A stretch of DNA of 62,163 bases, filler included, from 9 parts of 9 records of this genome joined end to end with filler, not necessarily neighbours in it, one strand, 5' to 3'. Counted from the first letter of the whole stretch, positions 35,469 to 46,773 are shown. The notes: generated by a model not told the origin, from the sequence alone. Made by a program: numbers and translations.

Positions 35469-36109
35469 ATGGAGTTCCAGTGGACCGTGGAGGAGGCTGC
35501 AGGGGAGGCTGTCACCCGCAAGCAGGCGAGAGCCCAGCGCCCGAGCCGCGTGGTGAGCCGGGGGCGCAGCTGATCGAGTACCTGAGCGCAGTCTGCCCCC
35601 CGGCGCTCAAAGACAAGCACAAGATCGTGCCCGGGCGGCTGGGCGGCTGACTGGGCCGGGCAGAACAAGTCTGCACTCAAGAAACTCTCCAAAGACAAGG
35701 CGCTGGCCGCCTACACGGCGCGTCCCGCAGCCGGCCGCAGTCAGCCCGGGCGGCAGGAGCTGCTCAACCCGCCGGCCCCGGACGAGCAGCCCGAGCCCGA
35801 GCCGGCGCCGGCCGAACAAGCAGCCGAGGCGAGCCCAGCCCGGGCAGACGGGCCGAGCGGGGGCAGGCGACGATCACGGTCCACATCAACTTCATAGATC
35901 TCGAGGCCGAACAGCGTGAGCCGGTCGGGCTGGAGGTGCGGCCGAGCGAGAGCCTGGGGGCGGTCAAGCGGCGGATCGAGCAGCGGGAGGGGATCCGCGC
36001 CGACTCGATCATTCTGTTCAATAGACGCAACCCGAGGATGGCAAATGATAGCTCGCTGGCCGACTACAAGATTGAGGATGGTGCCAGCCTCCACCTGCAG
36101 ACCCGATGA
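35469..36109 (+). CDS. BTHB (FKBP25 N-terminal-like) domain + ubiquitin-like domain protein; 3-4 introns; missed by the ORF track
   Basis: Spliced MEFQWTVEEAAGEAVTRKQ|LIEYLSAVCPPALKDKHKI|NKSALKKLSKDKALAAYT|ELL; C-terminal LEVRPSESLGAVKRRIEQREGI...SLADYKIEDGASLHL. Confidence 0.7.
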
Positions 36110-36489
36110 CCGCATCTTACTAATATCGAAGGCTAGTACGTTTTAATGAATACCTTGCATCGCGTGCATTTCAGATGACCGGATGACTCTTGATGATGTG
36201 TAACATGAAATAGCTATGGAAATAGCTCACGCATGCACACTCCGCCACGTCAGCCACATGTCGGCTTCGGCGATATTTCCTAGCTTTTGATGTGATTTCT
36301 AACTTAGAGACTAGGGAGAGAGGAAAGTGCGCATATGCATGTAAGGTAGTAGAATGGGTGGTTTGCAATACCCCGCTGCCGGAGTGCTTGAGTGCTCTAA
36401 AGCGAGCTGCCTGAGGCCAAGGTAAGTCTGGTTGCCGTTAGTTTCGGAGAGCTTCCCAGAGCCACAAACCCGAGACGCGTGAGTGTGCA

Positions 36490-39453
36490 ATGAAGTCAGT
36501 CCTCCTGTTCGGGCTCCTCGTGCCAGCGGCAGTGCTGGGCGGGCCTGGTATGATCAACCCCGGCACCCCCTCCGGGATCAGCGCCAGTTTCGATTGTAAG
36601 GCGCGGCAGGCGGCCTGGGAGTACGGCAAGTCACTCATGCCTTCCCGGGGCCAATTCCGCAGTCTGTTCGACGCCATGCAGCTCCAAGCCTGCGGGCTGC
36701 CCACTCCGACCGAGCTGGACCAGTGGACACCGCCACGCACCGCCCTCCCGGCCGACCGGCCTCTCTTCTTCGCCGACGCCGCCAGTGGGAGCGATGGGGC
36801 CGGCAACGGCACGGTCCAGGCCCCTTTCGCCACGGTGGCCAAGGCGGTGGCGGCGGCATGCGCTGGGCGCGGGGCGGCGGTGCTCCGGGCGGGCACCTAC
36901 TACACCGATACGGTCCAGATCGGGCCGGAGTGCGCTGGGCTGCGGCTAGTCAATTACCCGGGCGAGCGGGCGGTGGTCTCGGGCGGGGTGCCGCTCCGAC
37001 TGCCCAAGCAGGCCTGGCGGGTGCACAAGCGCGGGAGCGGCGGCTGGAAGCTGTTTGAGAACCAGAACAACGTGTACGGCAGAGCTGTAGCCGGCAACGA
37101 CACCGACAGCATCAAGTACGTAGGGAGCTTTGACTCGGTCCAGGACTGCCAGGCCGCGCTGGCCGCCCACGGACAGTTCCGCTCGTTCAGCTGGCACACG
37201 CCGCAGTTCGCCGGGCCGTACAGCCGCCAGTGTTTTGGGGTGACCGACGACTCTTGGGCGCCGACCGCAGAGCGAGGGGTGCTCTCGGGACTGAAGGATG
37301 ACCAAAACACGTGGGTGGCCACACTGGCGGGGCAGGCGGCCGAGGTGCCCGGGCTCAGGCTGGCCGGCGAGCGGATGATCCGGGCCAAGTATCCGAACGG
37401 GAATATGGAGCTCTCGGGCAACTGGCTCAAGGGCGCCGGGGCCTCGATGGGTGGAGGCGACTACTCGCAAGGCTGGGTAACTGCAGACACCAGCTGGGTG
37501 CCGCCCTTCCGCCGGCCGGATTCTGACGAGATCGTGGCCACCGACGCCGACTGGCCTGACGTGGAGTGGCCGCACTACGAGGGCTCTCAGACCGGCGAAG
37601 GAGACCAGGGAGAGTTCCACATCGGGATCGGCGGTTACTGCCAGCTCGACCTGCAGGATCCTCTTGTGGGCCCTTCCGGGTACTGGTGCGCTATGAACCC
37701 GCCGCGCGGCCAGTGCTGGGACCGGGCGAGCAACACCGGCCGGGGCTGCACCCAGACACACATGAGCCCCGACGGAGTTGTGTTTGCGAGAGCAGCCAAC
37801 TATTCGGACCCTTCAACGGCTGTGGTGCTGGCTTGGCGAGGCGGCGGGCGCTGGTTCACTCAGATGTGGCGAGCGACCGAGTTTGTGCGGGCGAATAACT
37901 CGCTGATGTTCGACCCGACCACCGGAGGCCAGGGCGGTGAGGGGATGACCTCCGCCAGGCAATGGTGGATCGAGAACGTGAAGGAGGAGTGCGACTCGGC
38001 CGACGAGTTCTTCTATGAGAAGAAGTCCGATCAGCTGTACTTCAACTTCAACGGCTCTGCCGGCCCGACAGGCCAGGAGGAGTGGGTGGCCACCAGAACC
38101 AGAGTGCTGTTCAACATCTCTGGCTCGATGCAGCAGCCAGTCCGGGATGTGACCATCAGCGGGCTCACCCTACGCGACACCCGACTGACCTACCTCGACG
38201 CGCACGGGATGCCCAGCGGAGGTGCGCGCCCGGGCAGCGGCCGGGTGAGTGCTGGCAGGTGACTGGGCGCTGCAGCGGTCAGGTGCTGTCTTCCTGCAGG
38301 GCACGGAGAACGTGACTGTGGACAGCTGCCTGATGACCCGGCTGGATGGGAACGGTGGCCCGAGCAGCCTGGGCCGGGCTGACCAGAGCCTGCAGCCGTG
38401 TTCCTGTCTGCGTACAACCGGCACGCCACTATCTCCAACAACGAAGTGAGTTGGAACGGCGATACCGCTTTTGCTGCCTGGGGGATCACCGGAACTTGCC
38501 TCAACCAGAATTGCTCCAACAAGCTGCCCTACCCAGTCGGCCCCGACGGCCGAGCCGGCGAGCAGCCCAGATTCACTTCGGTGGTGGGCAATCTGGTGCG
38601 CGAGATTGGGATCTGGCAGAAGCAGAGCTCGATGTGGTTCCAAGCAATCGCCGCACAGACTTACATTGCGAGGAACGGTCCGACGCTCGCTCTGGCTCGG
38701 CTCAGTCTGACTGCAGTGCACTTCAACGGACCGAGGGCTGGGATAAACATGAACGACGGATTCGGCGGGGCTGATGTGATTGAGAACAATCTGCTGACCA
38801 ACTGCGTGCGAGAGTCGGGCGATCATGGCCCTTTCAACTCGTGAGTGGCCTGGGGGCCGACTGCTGAGCTGGTGCCAAGGTGGGATCGAGTGCCTTACAT
38901 TACTGACATTGCGACACCTGGCAAACCGAGCGTCATCCCGGCCTGGCGGCACATCAGGCGCAACTTCATCATGTCGCTGTACAGCTCGCAGGAAGCCATT
39001 GACACCGGTACGGCTGGCTGCTGTTCTGGCCGAGCCTTTGGCAGACGACGGGAGCGCCTACTACAAGACCTATGAGAACTTCTTCGTGTATGCGGCTAAC
39101 GGGCTCAAGTCAGACTTCAACGGACATGACAACGAGCACTACCGGAATGTGTACGCGTTTGTACAAAACTGCTGGGGCAATGGGAACAATGACTGGTGAC
39201 TGGTTAGGAACGCCCGCTGCAATTGAGCGGGTTGGGCAGGTTCGTGAACAACAGCTGCGTGGCGGGCAAGGATCACGGCAGCTTCAGCTCGGATTGCCAC
39301 AAGTCCAGCGGGATGCATGTTTCGGGCAACACGATCTACAACAAGGACGGCGCAATGGATTGGCAAGTATGCGACAAGACCAACACAGCAGCAAAGGTCC
39401 CCTCCGACGACGATATCATCGAGATGGGTAAAAAGGTTATTGGCTGGGTTTAA
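36490..39453 (+). CDS. Secreted right-handed beta-helix protein (GH141-like) with PAN/apple-like insert; multi-intron
   Basis: Signal peptide; GSDGAGNGTVQAPFAT, LRAGTYY, YPGERAVVSGG, RAKYPN, ENVKEECD, NGPRAGIN, RESGDHGPFNSWDR. Confidence 0.75.
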
Positions 39454-39602
39454 CTAGGATCAACTACCTAGGATGGAAGTACTACCAAGTCATAAGAGTA
39501 TAGGCCGCTATACGTACAGTCATGTACTCGTAATGTGTGGTTTATGTTAGGTTTATGTGATCTGAATTATTTTTATGGGTACCTTGGTTCATTTGATCAA
39601 AT

Positions 39603-42600
39603 CTAAATGTACATAACGACGTGCTGTTCTAAGTTTCCCAGGCCCTCCTGAATAATCATCAAAGTCATCGAAGTCCCATTCGGTCGAGATAACCACCTTG
39701 CTGTATGATGGTGGGTGGGTTTGAACTGTTGGGCTCCTTCGGTGGCGCTTGTTGATAGCCCGTTTGGAGCTTGGCTTTGAGTCCTCGCAGTCGATTTCGG
39801 ATGTTGAAGCCAGTTATGGATCCTTTCGATTCGGATGGCGCAGTGTGAACTAAGCCGGGCGCTAGGTGTGCTGTGTGGTTTTCTTCGCCTCCAGCAGGAA
39901 TGTGTGCGGTGTAGTCCCGAAGCACTGCTTCCACCTGGTGACAAAGCAATTAGTTGGAAGGGTGGTCGACTTTAACTTCGTGTCAGGGCCTACTAAAGAG
40001 CAGAGGGCCGGTTAATGACCTCTCGTCGGTCTAGACTGGCCAACATTGAAAGCACTTGTTTGAACTCGGTTGGATTTCCATTCGCTACAAGCTGCGAATA
40101 TCTGATTTGGCGGCTCAGCCGCTTATGACGGCTCAGGCTGATGGACCTTGCAGCCATGGAGGCTTTGTCGGCGGTCAAAGTCTCGAGTATTCCGATGATG
40201 CGCTGCATGGCGTGCATTGCCAATTGGATCCCTGCAGGCTCTCCAGCCTCGAGCAACGGCTCAGGATAATCCATGTCGATCAGAATGATCTGAATCGTGG
40301 CCGAATCGTTCAGCAATTGCTGTACATCTTCTACGCTCAACTTTGTGCATCTGAAACGGGAGCATAAGATAGCACTCTACAAAGCAGGCACCGCAAAATC
40401 TGACATAAGTATGCCTGAGTAAATTGTGTCACCAGCTCCGCAGCAACTAAGTCAAAGCTATCATCCAACAAGTGTTTTGCCTGCAGCCAGGCGCTCCAGT
40501 GCCGTGAGGCTAGGCCCGCACCATCATCTGGGTGTGCTGCTTCATCACTGCAGCAAGGTCGTCCACGTACCTTGAACACCTTACATAGACCCATCAGGCG
40601 CGCGGGTCAGGCAGCACAACACACCCTCCCCCAAACCCACTGCCCTCGAGTCCAAGCTGTTGCTGCTGGACTGATGCCTCCTGCTTGGCTTTCCTACCAC
40701 TGAGGCCTCAGTCAGGAATCTCGAGGCTTGGCACCTTGGCCGTTTGCTTGCACTTGTGCTTTCAGCCACTCGGGATAGAACAGGCGACAGGTCTTTCATC
40801 ACAACTCCGACTCCCTGATACCAGGCTCAGAAGCGAGACAGCCTTACAACATTCGCCGTTTTTATTGCCCTCTGTTGAGCTTCCAGAAACACGTCCCAGC
40901 TTCTAAGTGCTCGCCCGCTGTCCCCACTCCTCTTCTGCAGTGTCGACTCGAGCTCAGCTGCAGTGTCCTGTGATCAAGGTTGTCAGTAAGCTGGCGCTTA
41001 AGCCGCTGTTACCGCACAATACTTGCCAGTATTCACTAAATGGTACAGTGTTTGAACCCTATAAGCTGAATTGTCCGCCTGACAGCAGCCGCTCGGCACT
41101 CGTGCCAAGATTTGAAAACACCTGTGCTCGCAAGAACTTTCCATATGCTGTGAGTGCAGGTCGGTATGCGCATCTGTACAACTCCTCTAAAAGTATCGAT
41201 TGGCTCACCTTGGAACAGCTGACCCCACAGCCTCGCCCGCCTGGTGCTCGCAAGCTCACCGCAGTAAGCTGGACCGTATGGCCGGGAAGAGCTCGCAGCT
41301 GCCGCTCAGCACCCGAACCTGTCGAGTATCAGCAACTCGCAGCTCAGCCGGACTGATCCAGCACACGACTCGACTAGACTCCTGATTAGACACCTGGTCG
41401 GTGCTGGCTAGTCCTGCCTCCGGATCTGTGATGCTCGACACCAACTGGTTCAGGCCAGCAGCCTCTGCCTCTGCGTACAGGGGCAGGTAGGGCACGAATG
41501 CCTCAGTCATGCTACCCTCAAACACCTACCGGGGCCACGTTGCTCAGCCAACTCCGCGCGCGCACCGCGTGTTCTTCCTCCGGCTGCTCCGCCTCACGTA
41601 TTTCCGTCGGTCCGGTTGTTTGGGTTGGCTCTGGCTTACCCGATAGACCAGCAGGCGGCTGTTCAAGAGGCCAGGGCTCGATCTCTGGCAGATCGCGACT
41701 GCTCGACTTGGGCGGCATACCAGGGCCTGCTCAGAGGAGGTCATGGCCCGGCCGATGCGGATCGGACCCAGCGGAGGGCTTGGCTCGGCCCCTCGCGTGG
41801 TAGTGCAGTTCATGCTCGGCATCGTGGGCTGCAGCGACGGCATAACGGGCTCAGCGAACAGCTCCGGCGCAAATGGATTCTGCAGAACGGATCCGCCGGT
41901 GCAGCAGGCCAGTGCCAGGGTACCTGCCCAGCGTTGGGCTGTGCTGCTGGCTTGATCTGGGCCGGGGCCGAGGCAGGCTGGCTGGCTGCTGGCTCGGCGC
42001 TGCTCGGTCCAGCATCAAACGAGGTCCTCGGGCTCCGCTGCCGTTCAGCCTGAGCCCGCCCGGCCGGCAGTCGGTGCCTTCCGTCGAGGCGGGAATCGTG
42101 CTTCAAGCTCCTTCTCAAACTCGGACGCTTTGACCAATCCTGTGACCAGTCTTGAGACCGCAGTCGGCTCCCGGTGCTGCACACTGCTCGAGCCTCCCCC
42201 CGCGCGCGCACCTGATCGAACGTGGCGTGCAAGTCGCTCGCCAGCCGCTCGCGCATCTGTCTGCAGAAGAGCAGCGCCGTCGCCCGCCAGGCTTCCCACT
42301 TGGCCGGGACGCACTGCCCGTACTCTCCTTCCCACAGAGCCACCTGCCCCAGCTCGCCCACCCGCCGGCCCGCAGGCTCGCCTTGCGCCGGAAGCAGCTC
42401 AGATGGGCCTCGAGCTCAGTCAGCGAGTCCCGGCCCTGCCCGGCCTCCTGGCTCACCCGCTCGCAGTGTCCCTCCGCCAAGGTCTCGACCGCCCGGTGCA
42501 CGCAGCCCGACCCGAACGCCTCCACCAGTCTGCACAGCTCGCGCACGAAGGTCTCGGTCCATGTGCGCTGCTCCGGCCGCCAGTCCAGCTCCGGGAGAGA

Positions 42601-42870
42601 TCCGAACTGGGCCTGGGCCTGCATCTGGAGCACCTGGCGCATCAAGCTGTACTGCTGGAGCAGCTCCGGCGCCTGCTCGTCCTGCCGCTGCTGGTTGACG
42701 ATGATCGCGCTCAGCCGCTGGATCTCGGTCACCGCGGCGGCGCACTCGGAGAGCGGCAGCTCATTTAGCGGGAGCCCGGCCACCGAGACCAGCCGGGCGA
42801 GGGCGGCGGCCAGGCGCTGGGTGAGCTTGCCCGTGCTCATCGTGCTCGCGTTCAGAATGGCGGCCTTCAT
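39603..42870 (-). CDS. VPS53-like (GARP/EARP subunit), divergent, multi-intron; 3' end approximate
   Basis: W..WRATALLFCRQMRERL, ASEFEKELEARF, FEGSMTEAFVPYLPLYAEAE, SCELFPAIRSSLLRCSKVS, VQQLLND match the Vps53 block order. Confidence 0.65.
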
Positions 42871-43002
42871 GCTGCGGCCACCAGCCGGGAGCCGCGGTCT
42901 CTCACCCCAGGCCGGGTGGTCGTTCCGTTACTTCAAGGTTGCTCACTTCCTGACTGGCCCGCGCGACCTGCCTGTGGCAGAGCACCAGCAAAGCAGGCAG
43001 CG

Positions 43003-43736
43003 ATGGACTCAGCTACGAAGGAGACGCTCAAGAAGATGCCACTGCTCAAGGTGCCGAGCTGCGGTCACGGCCCAGCCGGACGCAGGTGAACGCCGGGCCT
43101 CGGGACGACCCAGCCAAGTGGAACCAGCGGCTCAAGGAGGAGATCGCCACCCTGATCGCGGTGCCCCGACGGCCCGAGCCTGGCCGGACCGGGCCGGGCA
43201 GTACGTCAATCTGTGCACTGAGATGGACAACCAGTGGTTCAACCTGGAGCCGAGCGAGGACGGGCTCCGGTGCGGGCTGCCGGCTGCGGGCGGCCGACCG
43301 GGTGGCAGCTGGTGGGGCAAAGTGTGGATCTATCACGAGATGCTTAAATACGAGTTCGACATTGAATTCGATGTGCCGGTCGGCCTGGCCCTGAGCCCTG
43401 AGCCCGGCCGCAGATCCCAGTGACCTACCCGAGCACCTCGCCCGAGCTGGCGCTGCCCGAGCTCGATGGCACCACGGCCAAGATGTACAGGTGCCCTCGG
43501 CCCCGGAGGGCAGGCTCAGCCGGCGGGCAGGGGAGGCAAGATCTGTCTGACGGACCACTTCAACCCTTTGTGGGCTCGTAACACGCCGCACTTTGGGATT
43601 GCGCACGCCATGTGTCTCGGGGTGCCTGCCTCACGCCTGCCCCGACCCACCGCTTGCTCAGATGGCGCCCTGGCTCGCCGCAGAGGTCCCCTGCCTGGTG
43701 GAAGCCGGCAAAATAGCGCCCGTGGGAGACAAGTAA
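43003..43736 (+). CDS. UFC1: UFM1-conjugating enzyme 1; 6 introns (43051-43085, 43161-43201, 43270-43308, 43373-43413, 43491-43530, 43622-43661)
   Basis: [75 protein letters not shown]. Confidence 0.96.
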
Positions 43737-43861
43737 CAACCGCAGCAGCCGAATTCATGTCGTCTCAGGCACGGAGTACCAAGTGAATTGCGTACAAGAT
43801 TATTTTAGAGCGATTCAACGCTCACACAAAGTGTCTGATTAATTCTTAATAAAAATTGATT

Positions 43862-44795
43862 TCACAGTAGTTTATGCTCAGGCTCAAACTCCTTGACAAC
43901 GTGCCACAAGTGCCAGCTCGCCCAGCCTGTGCACCGGTCAGATTGGCGGCACGAGCGCAGACCGACGAGCAGGTGCCAGCATCCGTGGTATATCCTCATA
44001 TAGTCATTATCGTCGTCCTGAACCAGCAGATGCTCAGACTCAGCCAGGGGCTCGGCGCACTAAGCCCGTCACAAAGCACACCGCCGCCAGACCCTGCCGG
44101 TCATCAGCCCAGGCCGGGGGCGAGCCACCATGAAGCCGCCGCCCTTGGCCAGCTGAGCATAGTCGAATCCGGGCCTCTGCTGCAGTGCGAGGTACTTGCC
44201 GACTGGCAGTGCGGCCGCCGCCGCTATTGGGCCCAGCGTGTAGTTGATGTTCCATGGGTCGGACTCCTGGCCCAGCCTGACACCCAGCCCCCCGGCCGCC
44301 TCGCCTGGCACATGAGCACCAGCGAGAGCGCCGCGTACTGCAGCTGTGCCCGGCTGTCCGGCCCGAGTGCGCTGCCGGTTGTGAGCCAGGCCCGGGCCCG
44401 GGGCGCCTGAAGTAGATGAACAGGTTAGCAAACGAGACGAGCGAGGCCACGTTGTCCAGCCGGTGCCATTCGCCTTCGGTCAGCCCGAGTAGCCTGCGCC
44501 CGGGCTGACCAGCGGCGGCCGGCAGGCGGACGGGCGGTCGAGCGACTCGGCTGCGTGATACAAGAAGCTGGTGACCATCGTGAACCCGCCGCCCCACAGC
44601 TCGAACCACCACCTGCGCCGCCTGCCCGGGGCTCGGGCCGGCGGGCTGGCGGGCCGGAGCCTGAGCAGGATCAGCGAGGGGATGGCGGTCAGGTTTGTGA
44701 CTGCAGTGATTAGCACCTGGGCAGCGATCGGCACTGGGCTGGCCAGTGCTCAGCACCATCAGCCAGCGCTCCTGCTGCGAGTAAACGAACCCCAT
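43862..44795 (-). CDS. TMEM8/myomaker-like (DUF3522, CREST superfamily) multi-TM protein; multi-intron
   Basis: TNLTAIP, FTMVTSFLYHAAES, WHRLDNV, DDDNDYMRIYHGCWH. Confidence 0.7.
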
Positions 44796-44933
44796 CCGCT
44801 GCCCTGCCTGCAGTGCCGACCCGGCAGCAGCACGCTCACTGCAGCTGGCAATCTGCTCACAGCAGGCTGCGTGCTTGCCAGTTGCCACCGCTCCGGCCGG
44901 AGAGGCAGAGGCGAGAGGCGAGTAAGGGCAACA

Positions 44934-45980
44934 ATGCTCTCGGCAGCGCAGGACCTGGGCCTGTCGCCGACCAGCGGTCTGGCGCGGACGCCGACCAGCG
45001 AGATCCCGGCCCGGCACCGGGTGCAGGTGCGCGAGCTCGAGGCCAGGCACAACGAGCACTCACTCATGGTCTGGCTCCGGTCGATCGGGCTGCTCTTCGG
45101 TTTAGGCTGCCTCCTCCAGCTGGCCTTCCCGGCCCATCGGCTCCAGCCGACGCTCGGGTACGCCAGCTTCGGGCTCGGGCTCGGGCTGGCCTCGGCCGGC
45201 CGGCTGGGGCCTCCGCACGCGAGCTGGATGCGGGAGCTGGTAGGGGGGGTCGAGTTCTTCAGCCGGGTGCTGAGCCCCACGCTCGAGAACTGGGGCTCGG
45301 CCATGGCCTTCGTCGGGCTCATCTCCGGAGTGCGCGAGGCGTCGGGAGTGACCGCCGGCCTGGCCTTCACGCTGCTGGTCCCCGGTTTGTTGGCCAACAT
45401 CACCGGCTGCTGCCTGCTCGACTCAGGTAAGTGGCAGACCGGGGCCCGCGCAATGATCGTCCGGCTGCTCGCGTTCGGGGGTGCGGCGCTGTCGACCACC
45501 GGTTTCGTGATGATGATTTACCTCAGTACCCGGCCAAACGAGAGGAGCCGCTTTTACTGCGTTCTGCTCTGCGCGGGCTCGGCTCTCTATGTGCTTTGCT
45601 TCATATTGAATGAGTGGCACAAGTGGAGAGAGGGGGCCAAGGGAGCGAGTGTGCTAATTCACATGGCATGTGCGGCGGTGATTGCCGTTGCTGGACTCGC
45701 GGGGCTCTTCCACATCATCGTGGGCCACTACCTCGGTCCGGGGCTGGTGCTCGCTGGGTTTGGAGCCTGGGCGTTGGGCCGGCGGATTCAACCACCGTCG
45801 GGCGAGCACTCGACCCAGCCACACTCGAAGACATTTGAGCTGGTTCGGCTCTGCACGCACGGCTCCACGAGCCAAGCCGATGCGTTCAAGTATGCTTGTG
45901 TTTCGCTTCTCCTGATTGGAGGCCGTGTCCTCATTTCCCTAGGCACACTATTCATCTTTATGCAAATTCTTAAGCAATAG
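44934..45980 (+). CDS. Multi-pass membrane protein of unknown function; intronless
   Basis: About 9 hydrophobic segments; ATG 138 bp from the divergent gene. Confidence 0.7.
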   Translation: MLSAAQDLGLSPTSGLARTPTSEIPARHRVQVRELEARHNEHSLMVWLRSIGLLFGLGCLLQLAFPAHRLQPTLGYASFGLGLGLASAGRLGPPHASWMRELVGGVEFFSRVLSPTLENWGSAMAFVGLISGVREASGVTAGLAFTLLVPGLLANITGCCLLDSGKWQTGARAMIVRLLAFGGAALSTTGFVMMIYLSTRPNERSRFYCVLLCAGSALYVLCFILNEWHKWREGAKGASVLIHMACAAVIAVAGLAGLFHIIVGHYLGPGLVLAGFGAWALGRRIQPPSGEHSTQPHSKTFELVRLCTHGSTSQADAFKYACVSLLLIGGRVLISLGTLFIFMQILKQ

Positions 45981-46176
45981 TTTAAGCAATACAATAGTTC
46001 AATCGTAATGACCTGAATGGTAGTTATTGTAACCATTTTTAGTGATTTAATTAACTACACGTACGTACTCATTATGTGCGTACTTGGTACGTACATCGAC
46101 TACGGGCCCATGCGCCGTGCTTACAAGTTGCTCATAAGTTATCCAACGTTGACTAAGCACTGAGGATTCTGAGGAC

Positions 46177-46773
46177 TTAGAAGCGAAGGGTCTTCGCTCC
46201 AATACAAATAATAGAAGAAAAACAATGCAGCAAGGGTGACGAGTACGACACACAAAAAGTTCTTCTCGGAGGCTGGCATCCCCCAGTCTTCCTCCCTGCC
46301 ACAAGCTCAAGCAGCCCCGCTGGCGGGCACCTGAAGAACGGGTAAAATATCTCCCAGTCGACCAACTGGTCCCCGCTCGAGATGCTAGACTGCTGAGCCC
46401 AGCTCACTGTGTAGCACACAGGGAACCGCTGGGCTGTACTAGTGTCCTTCAAGTCTAACCACTGATAGGTTTGAGGCTCCCATTCCTGCCGAGCTGCGAC
46501 GATCTGCGCTTGTGGGTTGTTGAGTGGACCTTGATACGCGTACACGAGCATCAACCTCTCCGGCCTGACACCTGGAAGACAGTAGCATATCGTATCGGAG
46601 CAAGTGCTTGTTGTTGAGGCGCCGGTGTTGCACTCAGAATCAAGACCGCCAGCGCATTGGCCCTGGGCCGGAGTTGGCAGCTGCGCGCACGACCACACCA
46701 GCAGGGCCAACCGGAAGCAGGCCCCCAGAGGAGCGGCCAGCCCTGAGAAGCGCCGAAGCCCTGCCGAGTTCAT
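46177..46773 (-). CDS. Small secreted Cys-rich hypothetical protein
   Basis: Signal-like LALLVWSCAQ, Cys cluster; possible intron near 46310. Confidence 0.5.
   Translation of the reverse strand: MNSAGLRRFSGLAAPLGACFRLALLVWSCAQLPTPAQGQCAGGLDSECNTGASTTSTCSDTICYCLPGVRPERLMLVYAYQGPLNNPQAQIVAARQEWEPQTYQWLDLKDTSTAQRFPVCYTVSWAQQSSISSGDQLVDWEIFYPFFRCPPAGLLELVAGRKTGGCQPPRRTFCVSYSSPLLHCFSSIICIGAKTLRF

Noticed and set aside
41810-41890. Apparent zinc finger FCRIHLRRSC..LCRRC in the VPS53-like gene
   Set aside because: Likely the wrong frame; the alternative frame (QNPFAPELF) fits a linker
34560-43661. Mini-introns as an introner or MITE family
   Set aside because: No shared internal sequence or consistent target-site duplication; positions look ancestral
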